Origin: Octopus vulgaris
Taxonomy: Eukaryota
Length of the DNA stretch: 64,000 bases
Assembly (NCBI GenBank): GCA_951406725.2
Contig: OX597826.1
Coordinates: 15,252,001-15,316,000, forward strand
Direction of reading: 5' to 3'
Shown here: positions 55,233 through 64,000 of the stretch, piece by piece
Position numbering within the stretch: the stretch's first letter is position 1
How the letters are laid out: every line of letters begins with the position of its first letter
Program-made: the position numbers and the translations under genes
Notes under the pieces: generated by a model
What the model was told of the DNA's origin: nothing
The model's input: the letters and a program-made list of their open reading frames with translations, nothing else
Databases searched by the model: none

Positions 55233-55375
55233 TAATGACTATTCCAATTGGTCATTCCTTCGATGTATTTCTTTTACTTCTTATGAAGAACTACCTAACG
55301 TCCGAAACATTAAGGTAATTTTACACACGCACACATACATATGCTCGCACACACGCACACACACACACGCACACA

Positions 55376-55418
<43 letters not shown>

Positions 55419-55434
55419 ACACATATATATATAT

Positions 55435-55569
55435 AGTCGCAAGAGTGGCCGTGTGGTAAGTAGCTTGCTAACTAACCACATAAGTACATCCTGGGTAAGT
55501 GTCTTCTACTATTGCCTCGAGCCGACCAAAGACTTGTGAGTCGATACATGTAAACTGAAAGAAGCCCGT

Positions 55570-55611
<42 letters not shown>

Positions 55612-55872
55612 TGTATATATATATGTATGTATATATATGCATATATGTGTGTGTGTGTGTGTGCGTGCGTGCGTGCGTATCTTTGTGTGTCTGTGTTTGT
55701 CCCCTACCATCGCTTGACAACCGATGTTGGTATGTAATCTAGCAGTGACCGAAAGAATAAGTACTAGGCTTACAGAGAATAAGTCCTGGGTTCGATTTGT
55801 TCAACTAAATGCGGTTCTTCATCATAGCTGCAGTCAAATGACTGAAACTAATAAAAAAATAATAAAAGAATT
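55435..55872 (+). mobile_element. tRNA/CORE SINE family B
   Basis: gagtggccgtgtggtaagtagcttgct...gtgtcttctactat...gcagtcaaatgactgaaac...aaaagaat. Confidence 0.85.
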
Positions 55873-56567
55873 ATATATATATATATAGGGTAAAAAATTA
55901 TTAATTTATAATTAATAAATTTCACCAAGTAGTTTCACTCGTCTATATGAATTCAGATATGCTAACTGCCTTGTGTGATGTTCTGATAGCGCTTGGTCAG
56001 AAATGCAAAGGGTAAGTTTTCTAGCATTTTCTAATTTATAATTATCGGAATATTATGTTGATAAGGAAATGAGTTTTATAATTCTAATCCAGAAACGTAT
56101 CCATAATTAACCAAAGACTGTTTGATTTCATTATTTTCCTTCTTTTTTGCCTGTGTGAGTTACAGAGAGGGTTATCTATGGAGTCATATTTTGTAGCGAA
56201 AAGAAATAAGGGTCTTTTGGCTGCTATTTCTAAATTTTTCGGTATGTGGTTAAGCAACTTGTTGATAAACCCTTTGCAATCAATTCATCTGACGTGTGGC
56301 ACATGGTGCACCTGTACAGGTAATATCGTCTTGGTGGAAGGAGCGAGGTTATGTGAGCACAAAGATCTGAGAGAGAGAACAAATTGTGAGTGATTATCAA
56401 TCCGGGTAAAATACTTCATAGGCTCTGTGTTGGCACGCCTCAGTTGACCAATAGACCGATTGAATAAACCTATCAGTAACGTGTATTTAATGACCACTGG
56501 AAACAGCTGTAAGCCAAATTTGCTCAGGTAAATGAATTGTTTGTAATGGCCATTAATTTAAACTTGT

Positions 56568-56624
<57 letters not shown>

Positions 56625-56751
56625 TCATATCCCTAAAATTATTTCTATACCCGTTCAAGCTTAAATCTCTTGAGCATTACTAAGTGTATTCTATATACAT
56701 ACATACATACCATTACCTGCATACTCTCCACCACACAGATGCCATCATTAG

Positions 56752-56846
<95 letters not shown>

Positions 56847-57061
56847 GTGTCTGTTCTTATATCCACTATATTTATGTGTATATATACAAATATAAATATA
56901 TATATATATACATATATGTATATAAGTATATATAATATGATATATATATTTATACATAAATTGGTTGTTTTGTTAAATTTTTCTTGAGAACATTTCTTAG
57001 TGGTGAGACCATAGCGGATCTATTTCTAGCATAAGGGTGTCCACATAGAGGTTTCCCTCTA

Positions 57062-57124
<63 letters not shown>

Positions 57125-57542
57125 AATTGAGATAGGGGTTGTAAATGCAACCCTCCATGGGATAACATATATCCAATATACTGCTAGTGAAGTACCCAAC
57201 AAAGTTAATACATAAATGTTAATGATTGCGATGCAATCAATTCATTTAATGTACTATATGGGCAAAGGTAAAATGATTTACCACAAATTACTAATACAAG
57301 ATAAGAAAATGGAGAAATACATCTAAATCAAATATCAATTACCAGATAATACTCATTCACATACTTTATTAAACCACCACATAAGAGACTGTAGGGTTAA
57401 ACATAAACAAGCAGAACAAATCAGTGTACATAAAGGAATGTACATAAAAAAGTGTACATAAAAGAGTAATGTTGTATAATAAGTAGAATATATATAAAAG
57501 AGAATATAAATATAAGTAAATATAAATATAAGTATAGATTAT

Positions 57543-57669
57543 ATCTTACAGCTGTTTCGGCCATGTAGATAAGTATGTCTCATTTTACCAATATTAGCCT
57601 TTTATGGTAGCTCAATATATAGATATAAATGAGACGTTTACAAAAATATCATAAGGCCTCTTCGGAGAT
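57543..57669 (-). ncRNA. Hammerhead ribozyme motif with expanded stem II (left arm)
   Basis: Reverse complement of 59041-59167. Confidence 0.7.
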
Positions 57670-59040
57670 TATGTAATATAAATCAGTCTACATATATACC
57701 CACATGGGTGTGGGTACATACCCATAATACAACATATACATATGAGTACATATACTCACACTTCTATACATATAAAAATATACATATACATAATGATGTA
57801 AATAAATAATATAAATTAGTAAACATATATATGTTCCACATTCAATGTTTCAGTTTTTCAACTTAATATTGTGATAATAAACATACACATATTAGTACCT
57901 AGATACAAATATATATAGTCAATAGTACATTATATTACTTCATACTAATTTCTAAAGTGTCATTAAAGTTAGCATCATTATCGTTGTCAATACCATTAAT
58001 GCTACCATTATTATCATTCATAATATTATTAATCACGCTTACATTAGGATCCAAAGTGGCACATATGTATGTCCGGTTTCCAGTTAGTAATTTTCCTTAT
58101 GACATAAATACACTATTGGATTTGAATTTAAAATTATCATTATCGTCCTCACGGTTGGTCAATTGAGAGCCGCCCGACCTCCACCACACCGCACAAGAAA
58201 AACATACACATCCACATCCAACCCTAAACCCACACATCCACACAAAAACTCACACACACATGAAACACCCTGACTCATCCCTACACATTCACTAAATTGC
58301 AGAGTGTATGTCTGTCATCGCATGGCTTATAGACAAATCAGTACAGGCAGCAGTGTCTATACACTAACACACACACTCACACGCACATCCGAATATACCC
58401 ATAAATATTAATACACTCTCATATATTGTGTCAGGGAACATTCGCACACACATATATATATTTAAATATATATCTGCGCACTCATACGTACAAATAAAAC
58501 CTATACTTATATCCACCCAAGAATAAATATTCGCATATACATATATACATATCCAAATACTCACCTGCGTACTCATATGTGTAAGAAAAACATACATCCG
58601 TACATCCACCCACGAACATACCTATATGTACAAAAACATACATACGTACACATACACATTTTCACACACCTCGACACCTCAACCCACATCCACTAAATCA
58701 TAAATTAAAATATATGTCTGCCCATCCAAAGACGTATATATACATACACAAAAAGTAAACAGAAGTTACTATTAATTTAGATATAAGTTCATTAATCATA
58801 AATTAAATTAATTATAGATTAGTAAGTGCCAAATAAACAAACATAATTAAATAAATAAATAAATGTGGAACATATGTATGTTTACTAATTTATATTATTT
58901 ATTTACATCATTATGTATATGTATATTTTTATATGTATAGGAGTGTGAGTATATGCACTCATATGTATATGTATATGTTGTATTATGGGTATGTACCCAC
59001 ACCCATGTGGGTATATATGTAGACTGATTTATATTACATA

Positions 59041-59167
59041 ATCTCCGAAGAGGCCTTATGATATTTTTGTAAACGTCTCATTTATATCTTTATATTGAGC
59101 TACCATAAAATGCTAATATTGGTAAAATGAGACATACTTATCTACATGGCCGAAACAGCTGTAAGAT
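59041..59167 (+). ncRNA. Hammerhead ribozyme motif with expanded stem II (right arm)
   Basis: AUCU-CCGAAGA-GGCC-[~92 nt]-GGCC-GAAAC-AGCU-GU-A-AGAU: stem I AUCU/AGAU, palindromic stem III ACAGCUGU, GUA triplet. Confidence 0.72.
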
Positions 59168-59411
59168 GTAATCTATACTTATATTTATATTTACTTATAT
59201 TTATATTCTCTTTTATATATATTCTACTTATTATACAACATTACTCTTTTATGTACACTTTTTTATGTACATTCCTTTATGTACACTGATTTGTTCTGCT
59301 TGTTTATGTTTAACCCTACAGTCTCTTATGTGGTGGTTTAATAATGTATATGATTGAGTATTATCTGGTAATTGATATTTGATTTAGATGTATTTCTCCA
59401 TTTTCTTATCT

Positions 59412-59487
<76 letters not shown>

Positions 59488-61129
59488 GCAAGAGCTCACA
59501 TACACACGCCCACATATATACGCACACAAGTTATTTATTTGGTAATGGAGCATTTGGTGAGCTGTGCTTTTCATAGCACTCACGTACTTGAAATTAAACT
59601 ATCATCAAGAGTTAGGTGTCATTCAAGATTACAGAAGAGATTTATGAAATTCCATCAGCATTGATGATTCTTGTATTCTCTCAAGAGATATTACCCAACC
59701 CATTTCGTCATCATCTTCAACATGATCATGATCATCGATCATCGTCATGAATCCCACTCTTCCTTCTTCTCCTTTTCCTCCTCTCTACTTCTCTTTCTTA
59801 TTCCTCCTCCTCCTCCTCATTATCATCACCATCAATCGTCATTATCACCCTTAATCTACCGTTATTGCATTATCGTCAGTAGTGAACTGCGTCATAATTC
59901 CAGCTGACGATATCTGGTAATGGCTCATGCATAGGCTTGCAGATAACATCTATGTGCAAATATTTTTCTCACCACTGCCTGCTGAGAATAATATCTGGGA
60001 AAGTAATCCTGATCAAAGTTAGCGTAGGAAACAGAATTTTAATGAAATAACGATAAGCAAGATATTGGAATAAACTGAAAGTCATAACAAAAAGGCCCTT
60101 TCAAAAGATCCTAGACCCTGTACTATTTATATTGGAGGTATCTAAAAAAATCGAGCCAAAAGTAATGGAAGTCTTTCATGTAGTTTAAACTTGATGTTTA
60201 CAATTGTATAACTTTCCATAGTAACATCGTTACTTGGATGTATCTTTCAATTTAAATTTCTTTCCTACTGTTAAGCTGATTAGAATAGTTAAGTATAATT
60301 TTGGCAAAACGAAATGAAAGTTTGAAGTATTAGAATTTGAGTTAAAAGAAAATTAAATTAAAAGGAAATTGAAAAGAATATTCAGTGTATTACACATGCT
60401 GTAACTAATAAGTAAATGTTTTAAAGAACTTTATAAGAAATTTGCTCTTAAATACCTCTGAAATATTAATATACCGAATTCCATTATTTCTGAAACTTAT
60501 TTGTTGATATTGTTTAGAAATATGTGAGTACTTTGTTATTTTCTGTAATCACTTGTTATTGATTCCGACATAAGATAAATGGAACTACATTTAGCGTATC
60601 AAATGAAAAAGAAATCAGAAAGTTCTAAGCTTTAAATGAAAACAAAATTAGTGTTACTTACTGCAATACGTTTTAAAGTTAGTTTCTCTTTCCAACTGCA
60701 CGTTCTGAATACCACTATTTTCAGGATAAAATTCTCCTGAGATATGTTTCTTTACTGATATCGAAAGGTCGGCAGATGTTTATCAATGTTCCTTGGGAAT
60801 AATATCCGGATGAATTCCTTTCATTTCGCTGTTAGTAACAACTCAATTATTCTATATTACGGTCAGATACTTACTTCGTTCTATTTCTGATATGTTTGCA
60901 TTATGCGCTTTATTTGCAGTCAAAATTCTTTAATACTAGTGAATTAGGGAAGAAACGCTTATGTAGTCGCTTGAAATTAGATATAGCAGCTTAATCCCCC
61001 TCAAATCACCCGTTACAAGTTTAATAAAAGGATACATTCGAGAAAGCAAAGTAAACAAATCATATCGTTTTCCGTCGTTGAGTATTTTATTGTTTGATCA
61101 ACAGAGTTCTCTGTTTAGTGAATTGGCTT

Positions 61130-61370
61130 GTAAGTGACCGAGTATCTCGCGGACGAATTTTCATAGCATAATTCTCAAATGAATTCATCGTGACACAGCG
61201 TAATAAGGATGGACTTTTGAGAAATTACAAGAAATTACAAGCTTTCGCACAGCTTCCGTCAACTCAATTGCACCCACAATGCCTTGTTCGACACCAGCAC
61301 AGGAGTCACACACTGGGATTGAACGCAGAATGTCCTTGCGAAATGTCTTTCTCAGCCAAACTACCCTCCC
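61130..61370 (-). mobile_element. Degraded tRNA-derived SINE
   Basis: cagcttccgtcaactcaatt..cacaatgccttg...cactgggattgaac resembles the family B head and body in reverse complement. Confidence 0.55.
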
Positions 61371-61560
61371 ATTGTGCATTAGGATATTTCATATACAAAC
61401 ATAGAAAATAGTCATGCTTACGATAGTCTTAGTAGCATCTTTACTCGTTTGATATCTAGATATTCTGTAATACAGTTCTATATTTAAGAGATGAGGAATT
61501 ATGTACATTATTTACATTATTTACATTTGACAGATATTTGTCTTCATCTTGTTTGTTGTT

Positions 61561-61606
61561 AACACAACGTTTCGGCTGATATGCCCTCCAGCCTTCATCA
61601 GGTGTA
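61561..61606 (-). ncRNA. Minimal type I hammerhead ribozyme (left unit)
   Basis: ACAC-CUGAUGA-A-GGCUG-gagggcauau-CAGCC-GAAAC-GU-U-GUGU: canonical core boxes, 5-bp stem II, 4-bp stem I. Confidence 0.8.
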
Positions 61607-61684
61607 TTGGGGGAAATTTCGAACCTGGGTTCTCATTCCTAAGGTATTTTGCGATGTTGTTGTTGTTATTATTTATTCAGGTCA

Positions 61685-61764
61685 CTGCCTGTAATCGCGC
61701 TCTTAACCACTACGCCATATGTCCGGACATATGGCGTAATGGTTAAGAGCGCGATTCCAGGCAG
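61685..61764. promoter_or_regulatory. Palindromic pair of tRNA-like Pol III heads (A-box TGGCGTA(G/A)TGG, partial B-box CGATTCC)
   Basis: Two 40-bp arms with 2 mismatches, axis at 61724/61725 (TCC|GGA). Each arm reads GGACATATGGCGTAGTGGTTAAGAGCGCG-ATTCCAGGCAG outward. Confidence 0.7.
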
Positions 61765-61795
<31 letters not shown>

Positions 61796-61861
61796 AATAA
61801 TGGAAATAATAATAATAATAATAATAATGATAAGAAGAAGAAGAAGAAGAAGAAAAAGGAA

Positions 61862-62424
61862 CATGCCCTGATGTAGTAAGTACCCTGATGTAGTACCAGA
61901 GAGTGGCTCACTTGGCTTCTGATCTTAATTGATTGGAAGTGTAATCATGTACATTGTTTTGTCTTGGTATAAAAGATGGGCTACGGCAAATATTCTGCTT
62001 AATACCACAGATTTGCTTGTCAGTTGTTTGACCTTAACCAGTTGAGCATGTCCCTTAGTGGCTGACGACATGTGCATCTCTGATCACGAGCAGAAGTAGT
62101 GGGGGAGCATCATAGTCGTGTGTTGAAAAGAATTCTTAGAGGGTTGGATAATTCACATTTGGAAACATGGGTAGTTCGTTCAACATCCTTAAACAATCCT
62201 TATTCAAGGACCTTTTGAGCCGGATGGGTTATTTGACCCGAAGAAAATTCTAACTGGGCCCCACCTGCAAGGTCATGTGCTGTTTATCTTGATATGAGAT
62301 CACCATATCGTGTACATATGGTTGTGATGCATGTGCCTAGTGTACCCTTATCAGACGTGTAGCTATGATGCTTTGTATATTTTACCCCAGTGTCACTTTG
62401 ATGGCATGCACTGCTCTCTCACTC
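61862..62424 (+). mobile_element. ~550-bp (TAA)n-associated retroposon nested in the linker of the right unit
   Basis: Homologous (reverse complement) to 31962-32512. Preceded by (AAC)n(AAT)n(AAG)n and followed by (AAT)n. Confidence 0.8.
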
Positions 62425-62464
62425 GATAATAATAATAATAATAATAATGATAATAATAATAATG

Positions 62465-62501
<37 letters not shown>

Positions 62502-62511
62502 TAACAATAAC

Positions 62512-62582
<71 letters not shown>

Positions 62583-62640
62583 CAACAACAACACCGAAAA
62601 ATACCTTAGGAATGAGAACCCAGGTTCGAAATTTCCCCAA

Positions 62641-62686
62641 GACACCTGATGAAGGCTGGATGGTATATAAGCCGAAACGTTGTGTT
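62641..62686 (+). ncRNA. Minimal type I hammerhead ribozyme (right unit)
   Basis: GACAC-CUGAUGA-A-GGCU...AGCC-GAAAC-GU-U-GUGUU: stem I GACAC/GUGUU. Confidence 0.78.
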
Positions 62687-63675
62687 AACAACAAACAAGA
62701 TGTTTGTAAATAATGTCAATTGTAAATAATGTAGATATTCTGTGTTCTTTACGAAGCTAGCCAACACATGAACGGTTATGTCATGCTGAAGAGGTCTTAT
62801 AAACTTGAATAGTATCTGAAGTCAGAGCTAATCTGTCAAAGATTATATTGTTCTTTGCTTCTCTGCATTGTCTATGTCCACTTTTTATTAACTGAAACTC
62901 AACCGATCTGAAAAAAATATTTACATATTTACTGATCTTGTGCAGTCACTTTTGATTAAGTGTCGTAAGTATGGAGTGTGACAGTGCTTTAAGTAGTTTG
63001 CTTTGAAAAAAAAAACCCACAAAAACCTTGTAAACAATATTATTATTACTATCAATTTGGTAACCTCCCAAGATGCATACGAAAGATTCTTGCAAAATAC
63101 AACATGAATGTCTGCATACTATACAAGTCAATATAGCACACAGCTTTTCTATGATACACACGTCCAAAATAGAAACTTCCTCGAGTAGCAGATATTCTCG
63201 CCTACGAATCTTTAGTTTTCAAAGCTTAAATTCAGATATAAACTCAATTTGCGTTATACTGTATTGTGACGAAATCCAAAATCTTTGAAGTAAATTCTCT
63301 TTATTTCTCTTTAAAACTTTATATCATAGTCTATATTTCTTTATGGTGATCACATATAATGGTGATCACATATAAACGTTACATGCTTAGATATTCTTGT
63401 AAAACCTCACAGGATCAGATCAGTTATTTTCAATAAAATAATTCGGCTAATTTTCTTCACAAATGCCCCTATAATATCCCACAGCCTTATATTAAAAATA
63501 CATTAGTGTCAATTGGATTGTTCACATCTTTTATGGTCGTCAAGCCTCTAATATTTGATACATCACTATTATTGTACGTAATTTCTACTTGTCGCTTATA
63601 CTTCTACGCTCTTAGAAATAGTTACCACATATATCGACCGTATTAGGAAGGAGACGCGATAATGAAGTTCTTCAT

Positions 63676-63933
63676 GTACCTATTTCTTTACTACCCACAA
63701 GGGGCTAAACACAGAGAGGACAAACAAGGACAGACGCACGGATTAAGTCGATTATATTGACCCCAGTGCGAAACTGGTACTCAATTTATCGACCCCGAAA
63801 GGATGAAAGGCATAGTCGACCACGGCGGAATTTGAACTCAGAACGTAACGGCAGACGAAATACGGCTACGCATTTCGCCCGGCGTGTTAACGATTCTGCC
63901 AGCTCGCTGCCTTTTTTGGCATCCTGGTGAGAT
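63676..63933 (-). mobile_element. SINE family A, full length, with 14-bp TSD and a short 5' extra sequence
   Basis: Reverse complement of 8840-9077. TSD atgaagttcttcat at 63662-63675 and 63934-63947. Confidence 0.9.
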
Positions 63934-64000
63934 ATGAAGTTCTTCATATACCACCAAATGCTTTACCTACGCTAGAGAGAATGGTCATATCTTCTATGAA

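Larger units (their letters stand above)
57294..59416. mobile_element. Non-autonomous PLE-like element with ~550-bp inverted pLTR arms (57294-57842 and 58862-59416) and a ~1-kb non-coding spacer
   Basis: The arms are near-exact reverse complements, each contains an HHR, and the right end abuts (TA)n. Confidence 0.85.
61469..62731. mobile_element. Head-to-head dimer of a tRNA-headed, hammerhead-tailed retroposon, bounded by a 12-bp TSD
   Basis: TSD tagatattctgt at 61457-61468 and 62732-62743. Left unit 61469-61724 (-), right unit 61725-62731 (+). Central 80-bp palindrome at 61685-61764. Confidence 0.85.

Noticed and set aside
55278-55316. ATGAAGA...CCGAAACATTA possible hammerhead
   Set aside because: C3 is missing and stem II does not pair. 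It is too decayed to call, though it may be a relic.
56286-56515. CTGACG...GAAACAGCTGTAAG possible long-loop hammerhead
   Set aside because: Only the 3' half is convincing. The upstream core is incomplete and no stem I partner was found.
63343-63374. 16-bp tandem duplication atggtgatcacatata (similar short duplications at about 4742-4778 and 45808-45856)
   Set aside because: Ordinary slippage or repair duplications with no further structure.

Overview
AT-rich, microsatellite-saturated eukaryotic DNA. The repeat content looks like a coleoid cephalopod (Octopus-like); this is inferred from recognisable SINE families, not proven. I see no intact host protein-coding gene, and almost all listed ORFs are translations of simple repeats or decayed transposons. 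The window is a transposon graveyard: three tRNA-derived SINE families (about 20 copies), RTE, CR1-like and R4/Dong LINE fragments, Penelope-like element (PLE) RT and GIY-YIG relics, a Tc1/mariner relic, a Gypsy gag fragment, a Helitron-like 5' end and a 100-N gap. The most notable signals are: (1) about 8 type-I hammerhead ribozyme (HHR) motifs from about 5 sequence families; (2) a TSD-bounded, head-to-head palindromic cassette (61457-62743) whose unit is a tRNA-like Pol III head, an (AAC/AAT)n linker and an HHR tail, i.e. a candidate Penelope-mobilised ribozyme SINE; (3) a 2.1-kb element with 550-bp inverted arms carrying HHRs with a greatly expanded stem II; (4) four copies of an RT-less, ORF1/gag-only retroelement with an unrecognised C-terminal domain; (5) a fixed-length 550-bp non-coding element that, like the neighbouring Dong LINE, sits in (TAA)n. 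Coordinates were read by eye and may be off by a few bases at degraded boundaries.
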